A stretch of DNA of 32,000 nucleotides. Source: Candidatus Heimdallarchaeota archaeon B3_Heim. Its GTDB lineage: Archaea > Asgardarchaeota > Heimdallarchaeia > Hodarchaeales > Hodarchaeaceae. The notes below the pieces were generated by a model that was given only the letters and a program-made list of their open reading frames with translations, was not told the DNA's origin and searched no databases. The stretch covers positions 60,001-92,000 of the forward strand of contig NJBF01000005.1 of assembly GCA_003144275.1 (NCBI GenBank), written 5' to 3'. Below are positions 12,735 to 21,550 of the stretch, piece by piece; position 1 is the first letter of the stretch; each line of letters opens with the position of its first letter. Position numbers and translations under genes: made by a program.

Positions 12735-13163
12735 ATGGATGATCAGGCTTTAAAATTATCCAGAGCAATCTCATCAATCCAAATAGAAGCTGACCATCTT
12801 TTTAAATTTCGAGATGTAAGAGCAACAATTCTTTTTCGCTTAGATGGAAGAGCTTTAACCGCTTTTTATGATCCAAAAACTTCTAGTTCTATTCTAACGG
12901 TTATTAAATGGGTTAAAGACATTATTTCAAAAACAAAAGAAGAACTCAAACATGGTGCAAGATCTATAAAATATAATAAACAAATAGATCAAAATGAAGC
13001 ACTTCCAGTTTATTTCTACCGTACTGGCAACTCAGGGATTTTAGTTGTGATATTACATTCTAGGGCGAATACTGGATTCATGGAAATAGAGATGAGCAGA
13101 ACTGCGAAGCGTTTAGGAATAATAATAGATAGAAAACAATCAATAGGTGATTTAGAGCAATGA
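12735..13163 (+). CDS. Roadblock/LC7 (MglB/LAMTOR-like) domain protein
   Basis: VRATILFRLDG and GILVVILHSRANTGFMEIEMSRTAKRL fit the Roadblock pattern. ATG 12735 lies 1 nt after the upstream stop. Confidence 0.7.
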   Translation: MDDQALKLSRAISSIQIEADHLFKFRDVRATILFRLDGRALTAFYDPKTSSSILTVIKWVKDIISKTKEELKHGARSIKYNKQIDQNEALPVYFYRTGNSGILVVILHSRANTGFMEIEMSRTAKRLGIIIDRKQSIGDLEQ

Positions 13164-14533
13164 AAACTTCCGTTGGACTATGTATAAATCACGATTTAAA
13201 ATTCGCAACGAAGACAGCTCTTCAACAAGCTGAAACAGAGTTAAATACAGAACCAACTGGAATTCTTTACTTTACAGGATCCCATCCTGGTGGTAAGAAA
13301 GTATATAATCAATCTTTAAAGATTATCAAGAAAAAATATTCAACTATTCCTTTAGCAGGATGTTCGGGAACTGGAATAGCGAATAGTAAGGATTATGGTC
13401 TGAAAGGAGCTGCAATCATGCTTTTTTCAGGTATATCGGTCAGTACACATTTAATTAAGCGTTTCCGTCTTAGGACTGGAACCAAAACCAAAGAAATTCT
13501 AAAAAAATGTATAAACATTGAAAATAAAGAATTAAAACAGAATTCTTCTACAAGTTTCATCTTTTTTCCTCCTGGTCTAGGATTTCCGAAACTTATGGTA
13601 AATTTAATGAATCATAGACTCGAAGGGTTTAATCCATTTTTTGCCTTAAATAATCGAATCTGGAGGGATGTACCAGCTCTTTCCCGGTTCACAGGAAAAA
13701 TTGTTAATTTTCTCATGAATCTCTTTGGCATTGGAATATCATATTCATCAGCATGGCCCTTATTTCAAGAATTATATCAACGAGGTATTCATTATACCGG
13801 TACATTTGGGGTAGATCCCATTTCAATGAATAAATCTTATCAATTTTACAATTATAAAGCATTTAAAGATTCTATGACATTTATATCACTTAGCTCTCCT
13901 GATTTAAGATTCATGAGCAAAACTGATACTGGAGCAACGATAGATTTCCGGAAACCTTTCTCTCTTGACAGTTATTTGGATGGAGGATTTATTCCGCGGA
14001 TAGATGGTCAATGGGGAGCAAAATCTTTACTTAAAATATATGAAATGGAGAATACTCCAGAAATTCTTGAAGAATGTACCCAAAAATATTTCTATTACCA
14101 CCCCTTTAAGCCTTTATGTATCTTAGACGATAAGAAGAGTCAAAATTTATATGGACTTTCAATAAACCCAAATCTTAATCATGCTTTAATTACTGCACCG
14201 AATCAGGTTGCTAAAAAGCTATATGTTAATCATAAAGATAAATACCAATCGTATATCTGTAATCAAAGTGCGGTAACAATTGAGAATTTACTAGATGAAA
14301 GCTTATCCTCGTTAGTTGGAAACAATACAAAATTTGGCCTATTCTTTGATTGTGGTAATCGTGCAATGATTGTTGGAGATCGATTTCAACAGTATATGGA
14401 ACATTATGCCCAGATATTAGGAAAAATTCCGTATCTTGTCATTATATCTGGAGGGGAGGTTAACTCTCAATCATTCCCCATTGTTAATTTCAGTTTAGTC
14501 TCTAGTGTTGCACAACAGCTTACTCCTGCTTAG
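13160..14533 (+). CDS. FIST N/C domain sensory protein
   Basis: N-terminal IPLAGCSGTG; C-terminal GLFFDCGNR...IPYLVIISGGEV. ATGA overlap with the Roadblock gene. Confidence 0.8.
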   Translation: MKTSVGLCINHDLKFATKTALQQAETELNTEPTGILYFTGSHPGGKKVYNQSLKIIKKKYSTIPLAGCSGTGIANSKDYGLKGAAIMLFSGISVSTHLIKRFRLRTGTKTKEILKKCINIENKELKQNSSTSFIFFPPGLGFPKLMVNLMNHRLEGFNPFFALNNRIWRDVPALSRFTGKIVNFLMNLFGIGISYSSAWPLFQELYQRGIHYTGTFGVDPISMNKSYQFYNYKAFKDSMTFISLSSPDLRFMSKTDTGATIDFRKPFSLDSYLDGGFIPRIDGQWGAKSLLKIYEMENTPEILEECTQKYFYYHPFKPLCILDDKKSQNLYGLSINPNLNHALITAPNQVAKKLYVNHKDKYQSYICNQSAVTIENLLDESLSSLVGNNTKFGLFFDCGNRAMIVGDRFQQYMEHYAQILGKIPYLVIISGGEVNSQSFPIVNFSLVSSVAQQLTPA

Positions 14534-14549
14534 TCAAGAATTTTTGTTT

Positions 14550-15953
14550 ATGAACAGGAGATTAAACAAATTGTTATATGTTGATACCTTATTGGGTGTA
14601 AAATATTATCCGAAAGAACTGAAAAACCTCACAATGAGGTTTTTTAGTCTTGAACTCATCATTACAGTAATTTATCTTAGCCATGCATGGATTTCTTTAT
14701 ATTATATCTCAATTCTTGGATCATACGCACTTTTTGGTAGTATCGTAGCCATTGGTATGTTCTTTGGGATTGTATTAGATCTTCCATTAGGGGTGCTCAC
14801 TGACAAGTTTGGTCAAAGAGGGGCCTTTTGTGCGGCTTTAGGATGTTTAACGATTTATTACCTAGGATTAATTTTTGCTACGAATTCGTTTCAGCTATTA
14901 TGTCTTGAAATATTAGTAGGGGTATTTTCTGCCCTTCTTTCAGGTTCATTTATTGCATGGTTTCTGAATTCTTGGGAGAATCTCGTGGATAGAAATGAAA
15001 AAAGTGAGATACTATTTCGAAGTACAATGGGCAATGTAAAATTCGTTAAAATGATCGCAGTTTCCTCTTTAACTATTTTGGGAGGAATTTTATTGTACCA
15101 AGTGCATCTAGCTCCCCAATTGATATTTTTATTACAGGCATTTATTGCATTAGTGGGTTTCATTCTTGGATTCATTATTATGGTGAACTATAACCCTGTA
15201 GGGAGGAATATAGGTCTTCGTTTAACATCTGAGAATAATAAATCCCATCCTTTTTCAAATATTAGAATTTTGGGGAATAATTTACGTATAAAATACCTCG
15301 CTGTCTCACCCTATTTTCTTAGTTTTGGGATCCTTAGTTTTACTTCACTAGCTTTTACAACTATTGTTTTTCCATTAATTATTTATTCCTTATTATCTTC
15401 TGATAACGTTGTGAATGGAGAATATGTCAAAATTGATTTTAGTTCACTCGCTATATTGATTATATCTTTAATTAATTCTATTACAGATTTTATATACGGA
15501 ATTTCAAGTAGGTTTTCAGGTAGATTCACATCATTTATTAAATCTCCCCGTCAAGGATTAGTTGCATTTTATACTCTGAATTTCCCTCTAGCTTGGATTT
15601 TATTTTTCTTTATTCTCCTAGTGAATATCAGTTATTATTGGCGACTGATATTTATAATTATTATTTTCTTGAGTCGGCTCATTATCAGTGGGTTGACCTC
15701 AGGACTTCATTGGCATTTATATTACGATATAACACTATCAGAATATCGAAGCTCTCAAGAATCTTATTTGAATACGTTATCTCTCACAGTCTCTATAATC
15801 GGATTTAGCATTCTTGGATTAATTTTGGAGAAAATAGGATTTTTAGAAACGTTACTATTTCTTTTCATGCTTAGCGTTATTGGAATCCTCCTTCTGTTTA
15901 AAGCAAAGGAACCTGGATCAAAAAATTCAACAAACCTAAGGAACTCAAAATAA
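14550..15953 (+). CDS. Major facilitator superfamily transporter
   Basis: About 12 hydrophobic segments; motif A LGVLTDKFGQR. ATG 14550 is preferred over the TTG at 14505. Confidence 0.88.
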   Translation: MNRRLNKLLYVDTLLGVKYYPKELKNLTMRFFSLELIITVIYLSHAWISLYYISILGSYALFGSIVAIGMFFGIVLDLPLGVLTDKFGQRGAFCAALGCLTIYYLGLIFATNSFQLLCLEILVGVFSALLSGSFIAWFLNSWENLVDRNEKSEILFRSTMGNVKFVKMIAVSSLTILGGILLYQVHLAPQLIFLLQAFIALVGFILGFIIMVNYNPVGRNIGLRLTSENNKSHPFSNIRILGNNLRIKYLAVSPYFLSFGILSFTSLAFTTIVFPLIIYSLLSSDNVVNGEYVKIDFSSLAILIISLINSITDFIYGISSRFSGRFTSFIKSPRQGLVAFYTLNFPLAWILFFFILLVNISYYWRLIFIIIIFLSRLIISGLTSGLHWHLYYDITLSEYRSSQESYLNTLSLTVSIIGFSILGLILEKIGFLETLLFLFMLSVIGILLLFKAKEPGSKNSTNLRNSK

Positions 15954-16000
15954 CAATCATGAGGACAACAACTCAATCTATTACTCAAATAATACCTTGC

Positions 16001-16020
16001 AAAAAGAGAAAAAAGAAGGA
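16001..16020 (-). terminator. Possible U-rich archaeal terminator of secY
   Basis: The minus strand reads TCCTTCTTTTTTCTCTTTTT about 20-40 nt after the secY stop. Confidence 0.3.
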
Positions 16021-16038
16021 ATAGGGATAAGTTTATTT

Positions 16039-17547
16039 CTAGCTAATCCCTAGGAACCCACGTAGAGCAGGATTCATCTCAGCGACCCGTTCTTTGCTAA
16101 TTAGTTCAAAGTATTGCCTCATAATACTAACAGAGAGGAGAATTCCCATACCTGAACCGATTGCCCCTAAGAAGTCAGCAAAAGCGGCAAGAACCCCAAT
16201 GAAAAGGCCACCGATAACTGCGATTGTCGGGATATACATTTCAAGACGTCGTTCAACAATTTTTTTGCTTCGTCTCCATCCAGGCATCTGCATACCTGAT
16301 TGGAGAAATTGACTTGCAACATCTCTTGGGCCCATACCCGCTGTCTCCAACCACATCATAGAAAAGACCACTGAAAGGAGAATCAGAATGATAGCGTATA
16401 TTAAGGCTCGTGTGAGAGAACTCAATGGATCTGCGAAATTAAAAACACCTTGATCCCCAATTAATGAACGCGGAGGTGTTAAAAAGTACACAAGTCCTCC
16501 TATTGGAACATATTGATTATTTGCAGCATCCAATCTAAACGTTCCAAGAATTTGTGTCAATAAACTTGTTGAATTTTCACGGCCAGAGCTATTCCAAATC
16601 ATCTGGGCTATAAAGTATATATCTGCAAATACTGCTGAGGTTAGAATTACCGGGATATTTGAGACGTAGAGTAATTTTATAGGATAGGTAGACCTAATTC
16701 CTTTATATTGAGCATAAGAAATTGGAATTTCTATTCTCATTGATTCAAAATAGATCACAATAACGAAGACGACAAGTGTAGCGATTACTGAGAGGATAGA
16801 CAAAGAAGGTAAATTTAAATTGTGGGCTGGATTGGTGCTATACCTGAAAAACAGGTTTCCAAAAGCAGATAACGGTCCTTCTTCTCCTAACCAGTAAATA
16901 AATGCTAGAACAATTCCACGTGCAGAAACTATTCCATTTGGCCCTTCCATAATATTATTTGGGGCAAACAATCCTTGGAAGATCTGTAATCCGACTCCTC
17001 CAGCAATAAATAACGAAATTCCTGAGCCTAACCCCCAGCCTTTTTGTACCATCTCATCTAACAAGATAATAATAATTCCTGCGGCTAATAATTGTGAAAT
17101 AATCCCGACTTGAGAGCTTAGAGATAGATCTGTTCCATAAGTTCCACCTATGAGAAAAGCGCCAGCCTCTATGATTGTCATCAAAACGGACATAACTTTC
17201 TGAGCGCCAGTATAGAGGGATCTTTCCTCTGGGTCTCCCATATTGACATTAATTATCTTTGAACCAACCAAGATTTGCATAATTAATCCTGCAGTTACTA
17301 TAGGCCCTATCCCTAGCTCAGCAAGTGATCCCTGTGTGGAAGCAGTAATAGTCCTCATAAAAGCAAAAGGATCACCTTGTCCTAAATCCGCACCAATAAT
17401 CGGTGTAGAAGTCATAACAAAATATATTATAAGGGCTGCAAAAGTCCAAATCATTTTTTCATTGAAGTGAACTTCACGAGTAGGTTTTACAACCTCAGGA
17501 GTAATTGACATAAAGGGTCGAACAGCTTGTAGAAATCTGGATGTCAT
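16039..17547 (-). CDS. secY: Preprotein translocase subunit SecY/Sec61 alpha
   Basis: EKMIWT, GSLAELGIGPIVTAGLIMQIL, GWGLGSGISLFIA, PIKLLYVSNIPVIL, GMQMPGWR, GSGMGILL. ATG 17547 has a GAGGT SD. Confidence 0.98.
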   Translation of the reverse strand: MTSRFLQAVRPFMSITPEVVKPTREVHFNEKMIWTFAALIIYFVMTSTPIIGADLGQGDPFAFMRTITASTQGSLAELGIGPIVTAGLIMQILVGSKIINVNMGDPEERSLYTGAQKVMSVLMTIIEAGAFLIGGTYGTDLSLSSQVGIISQLLAAGIIIILLDEMVQKGWGLGSGISLFIAGGVGLQIFQGLFAPNNIMEGPNGIVSARGIVLAFIYWLGEEGPLSAFGNLFFRYSTNPAHNLNLPSLSILSVIATLVVFVIVIYFESMRIEIPISYAQYKGIRSTYPIKLLYVSNIPVILTSAVFADIYFIAQMIWNSSGRENSTSLLTQILGTFRLDAANNQYVPIGGLVYFLTPPRSLIGDQGVFNFADPLSSLTRALIYAIILILLSVVFSMMWLETAGMGPRDVASQFLQSGMQMPGWRRSKKIVERRLEMYIPTIAVIGGLFIGVLAAFADFLGAIGSGMGILLSVSIMRQYFELISKERVAEMNPALRGFLGIS

Positions 17548-18079
17548 TAAGAAAACCTCGAAGGTTAAGTCCATCTATCAAGTTCATTCAGGCATAGAAT
17601 ACTATTCTAATGTTATCTCAGCACAAAAAAACTTGTTTTTAACCTTATGTGGACGGAGATTTATAATTCATTTATTTTTTTTCTATTACCAGATCTATTT
17701 AATATCAAGGAATCGCCAATTTAATCCTAATTTTTACCTTATACAGTAAATAAGGCATGATATGAGCCAAAAAAACTGGCAAAGTATAGAAGGGAAATAC
17801 TAAAGAATGAAGGTAATTTTACATTCCTTAAAGGACCATTTAATATCAATTAATGTTATCGTATAGTGAAAGTTGGCGATGTGTTGTTTTAAAGTCATTT
17901 TTATTAGCGAAATTTTGGAAATTTACTAATTAAACTAAGAACAAAATATTTTACACTCTGAAAAACGAGAACCATTCAGTATTATTCCTTAAACTTAGGG
18001 AGTAAAGTTAAAGATTGCACAGAAGCTTAATCTAAAGAACCCTAAAGTTGATTGTAAAGATATAACGGAGTTTTTATAA

Positions 18080-20143
18080 ATGAAGAAAATCCTAGGAAAT
18101 GGTTTGCGTTTTTTACTACTCGCCATAGTTATTACTTCGACATTCTTGATCGCTAATCCTCAAGTTAACGCTGGTGAGGCGAGTTCGAGCACCGATTCAG
18201 TGAACACAAAAAACAGTAATTTAAACATCACAGATTTAATGTATTTCGATGTTACTGAATTTACTAACACAAGTCATCTAATTAATGTACATCGAACAAT
18301 AACTGCAAACCAATATGGATATACTTCATCTAGAACAGAGATTCAGATATCAAGCAATAGTTCCACTGAAATCAACGCTTTAAATTATATTCTTCCAACA
18401 AGTGAGTATAATAGCTCCAAGTATTTCAAAATTTACTCACAGAATGATACAGAGACTGAAAACACTGAATATGATGTTCACATCGAAAATCAAACAACAG
18501 AAATTGTTATAAAATTCCCTTCAGTCGGCTCTGATGAAACAGTAACTCTAATTATGGATATAGATCATCCGAACGCAATAACTTATGATCAAAACGATGA
18601 ACTTGTGGAGTCGGAATATCCTTACCATTTCAATTTAAGTTTTTTACCTTTACTTACCATTCCCATTACTTCTTACACTTTAGAATGGATGGTAGGAAAA
18701 GACATTAGTATTAATATAAATAATGAATCATTAAGACCAACAGAAGCAAATTTTACTGGAAATGTTAATCAAGAATTAACTACTCTTCGTTACGAGGAAA
18801 TTCAAGAATTATCATCAATTAATCGGGAAGTTCTAAATCAGTCGGAACATGGTAACTATAATCTTACAGCTCTAGCAAATCGGAGCTTTATTCCTTCTTA
18901 CCGACCGAATATTGCTCAGAATTTAACAGAGAATTTGACATTTGACTATTTCCAGGTTGCTGGAACTTTTATGACATTCACTTCTTTGGTGACCACTATT
19001 GAAGTATCGGAGTGGGGAAAAGTGTTCACCACGCAAGAAATACGTCTAAAAAATATAGGATTACAATCTGGACCTGTCCTATCAACCGCACTTGGAGGGG
19101 CAACTTTTCCTACTATATCATTTAACGTCCCAGATTCTGCGGGGAATATTGGAGTCAAAGATAACTACGGAAATATCACTCCAGTTGTAGATGCAGATCC
19201 AGAAACACAGAAAAAAGTAATTGAGTTTAGACCAAGAATCCAGATAGAACAAGGTGCAGAGTATCAGCTCCTACTCTCGTTCACACAACCATCAACTAAA
19301 GTTCTCAACAATCTCGGTGGGGGAAAAGTACAACTATTGACTGGTCTATCAACGAGCTTCAATTGTACTATTCAAGAGTACCATCTTGAATTACTATTCC
19401 CATTTGGATCATCCATATCCAGAACAAAAATTATGGACGCAACATTTGAAAGTTCATTGAGAAGTCCCGTTTCTGTTTCCGCTATTCAGAAAAGACAATT
19501 CTTAGGTCTATTTAATAGTAGAGGATATAGATTAAGTTTTGAAGAATTTACCCCGCTTAGTAATAAGCAAATTACAATAGAATATGGAATAAATCCATTG
19601 AACCAACTTTATACTCCAATCTCTTTTTCATTATTCTTTTTATTAATTGGTCTAGCATACGCTCTTGTTAGAAACCTTTCATTTGGATATAAACCCTCGA
19701 AACTCGCACTTGAAGAAATACCACTAGATTTGATTAAAAGTTTCGTTAAATCGTATGAAGAGAAGACAGCAATTCGCGAACAAATACTAAGATTAGATCG
19801 TAAACGAAAATCAAAAAATATTAGTGCCCGAGAATATGAACAGACAAAAATAATTCTCCGAAATCAACAGCAACAGAATGATCGGACAATTGTCTCTGTT
19901 TCTCGCAAACTTGCTGAGGAAAATCCTCGTATACGGTTGTCTATGCGATCAATTGAAGTTGCTGAGGCGAGTAGAGAAGATTACTTGAGTAATATTGAGT
20001 CATTAGAGAAGAAGAAAACACAAGGTCGGATTGGAAAAGAGGCTTATGCTAAGTTAAAAATCGATTATGATAATAAACTTAGAAAAGCAAACAACGAGAT
20101 TGATAAAGTTTTAATTGAGCTAAGGAACTTACTTACGAAATGA
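18080..20143 (+). CDS. Ribophorin I (OST1/RPN1)-like oligosaccharyltransferase subunit
   Basis: Signal peptide; lumenal motifs TTIEVSEWGKV, VKDNYGNI and IEFRPR resemble RPN1 (VIEVSHWGNI, YRDEIGNV, EIRPR); a single TM and a helical cytosolic tail; about 16 N-x-S/T sequons in the external part. Confidence 0.85.
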   Translation: MKKILGNGLRFLLLAIVITSTFLIANPQVNAGEASSSTDSVNTKNSNLNITDLMYFDVTEFTNTSHLINVHRTITANQYGYTSSRTEIQISSNSSTEINALNYILPTSEYNSSKYFKIYSQNDTETENTEYDVHIENQTTEIVIKFPSVGSDETVTLIMDIDHPNAITYDQNDELVESEYPYHFNLSFLPLLTIPITSYTLEWMVGKDISININNESLRPTEANFTGNVNQELTTLRYEEIQELSSINREVLNQSEHGNYNLTALANRSFIPSYRPNIAQNLTENLTFDYFQVAGTFMTFTSLVTTIEVSEWGKVFTTQEIRLKNIGLQSGPVLSTALGGATFPTISFNVPDSAGNIGVKDNYGNITPVVDADPETQKKVIEFRPRIQIEQGAEYQLLLSFTQPSTKVLNNLGGGKVQLLTGLSTSFNCTIQEYHLELLFPFGSSISRTKIMDATFESSLRSPVSVSAIQKRQFLGLFNSRGYRLSFEEFTPLSNKQITIEYGINPLNQLYTPISFSLFFLLIGLAYALVRNLSFGYKPSKLALEEIPLDLIKSFVKSYEEKTAIREQILRLDRKRKSKNISAREYEQTKIILRNQQQQNDRTIVSVSRKLAEENPRIRLSMRSIEVAEASREDYLSNIESLEKKKTQGRIGKEAYAKLKIDYDNKLRKANNEIDKVLIELRNLLTK

Positions 20144-20154
20144 GGTAGGATAAT

Positions 20155-20397
20155 ATTCCCCCAAAGATCGAGATAAATAGGGATCTTTGTATTTTATGCT
20201 GGAAGTGCACTAAAAGCTGTCCAGCAGAAATCCTCATCTCAAATTCAAAGAGGAAAAATGAAGGAAAAGGATTTCTCGAAATTATCTCTCCAGAGAAATG
20301 CTTTGAATGCCGTGCTTGTGAAATCGTCTGTCCTGTAAAAGCCATAAAAATTTTCGCTGATCTAGGGCAATATCACATTCTAATAAAAAAGACCTGA
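20155..20397 (+). CDS. 2[4Fe-4S] ferredoxin (absent from the ORF track; non-canonical start)
   Basis: Manual translation gives CILCWKCTKSCP and CFECRACEIVCP. The frame is open 20149-20397 with no ATG/GTG/TTG before the first Cys motif. ATT at 20155 lies 8 nt after GAGGT. Confidence 0.8.
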   Translation: MPPKIEINRDLCILCWKCTKSCPAEILISNSKRKNEGKGFLEIISPEKCFECRACEIVCPVKAIKIFADLGQYHILIKKT

Positions 20398-20415
20398 ATT
20401 TTAGAATCATATTGG

Positions 20416-20685
20416 TCAAAGTGATACAGGCTTTCCGTTTTTTAATATCTCATCTGGAATCTTTTCTTTATTTGTAAACAAGAAATTTCTATCTTCTTCC
20501 ATATCTCGTAAATCATCAGGAAGCATGATTGGTATGGTTTTCTTGATAGGATAATATCTGGAACATTTATTACAAGTAATCAGACCTGTTTCAACTTCTT
20601 CTTTATCTTTTTCAATAATAATGAGCTTAAGTTCTTCGTTCTTGCAGATTGGACAAGCTAGTATATCCATTAAATCCATCTTCAT
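20416..20685 (-). CDS. trm112: Trm112-family methyltransferase activator
   Basis: MKMDLMDILACPICK...GLITCNKCSRYYPIKKTIPIMLP. ATG 20685 has GGAG upstream. Confidence 0.92.
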   Translation of the reverse strand: MKMDLMDILACPICKNEELKLIIIEKDKEEVETGLITCNKCSRYYPIKKTIPIMLPDDLRDMEEDRNFLFTNKEKIPDEILKNGKPVSL

Positions 20686-20867
20686 AATAAGTCGTACTCC
20701 TTTAGTAAAATAAACATAATCAATGGTAATCACTTCAGACGGCTCTTCTTGAGTTCATCGTTGTTAAGACAACTCCTTCGGGGATAACTTCATCATAAGT
20801 GAAAGAATTCTCATCTAGAGAATAAATATACGAGTCTTAAATTCAATTGACGGGAAGAATTATGCTA

Positions 20868-21185
20868 CTAATAAGTTACTGGATAAATGAGTATGAGAAG
20901 TACGAAAAGAAGAATCATAATTGTAGAAATTATTAGCCACTCACGGAAATGTCGCTTTTGGACTTCCTGCTTTGATAGAGAGAGCAGCTGGGAACGAAAA
21001 TTCCATGTAAATATCAGAAGTATCGCCACAAGAAATATTGGCATGAGATTCTGCACAGTTTGATCAAGAATGAAAAAATATAATGAAAGTGAAATGATAA
21101 GTAAAATTCCGTAACTAATGATTGAAATATCTAACAGTTTAACTGATTTGGGTAGGTTAGACCAGCCTTTAAAATCGGAACTCAT
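20868..21185 (-). CDS. Hypothetical 3-TM membrane protein
   Basis: 105-aa ORF with three hydrophobic segments; no recognised motif. Confidence 0.6.
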   Translation of the reverse strand: MSSDFKGWSNLPKSVKLLDISIISYGILLIISLSLYFFILDQTVQNLMPIFLVAILLIFTWNFRSQLLSLSKQEVQKRHFREWLIISTIMILLFVLLILIYPVTY

Positions 21186-21550
21186 TGTATGTTCACCAAA
21201 CTAAGCAGAAAGACGTTTTTTCATGAGTTATTTAGTATTTTCGTTCAAAAAAGAAATACCAAAACAGGGAACAACTTGCATTGAAGAAATTTGGGATAGC
21301 TTATTAGGTCCTAGCAATAAAAATTCTAATTTCATGCTCTGTATTTCTTAAGTAATTTTATTTCATTTCATAAAAATCTTATCGAGTTCCAATTTAAAAT
21401 GACTGGATTGTTTCTAATGACTTACATATTTGATTGGGGCTCTTAAACCTCCTCTTTAGTAATATATTGTAGTCATATCATTGAAGAGAGAATATTTTAA
21501 ATATTTACGCTGAAAATCACCTATCAAACAAGATCAAAGAGAGGTTTACC

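Noticed and set aside
10900-16000. Integrated element at the tRNA-Ala 3' end carrying the GTPase operon
   Set aside because: No integrase, no duplicated tRNA 3' end (att site) and no obvious compositional shift by eye.
17575-18079. Possible SRP RNA, RNase P RNA or small ORF between secY and ribophorin I
   Set aside because: Very AT-rich, with no GC-rich helices or SRP helix-8 motif; only very short ORFs.
20146-20148. Genome-wide TAG recoding (e.g. pyrrolysine)
   Set aside because: TAG ends rpl30e, rps12 and rio1 at their expected C-termini; no pyl genes are in the window.
20133-20345. 70-aa minus-strand ORF
   Set aside because: It is the antisense shadow of the plus-strand ferredoxin, which has two perfect Fe-S motifs.
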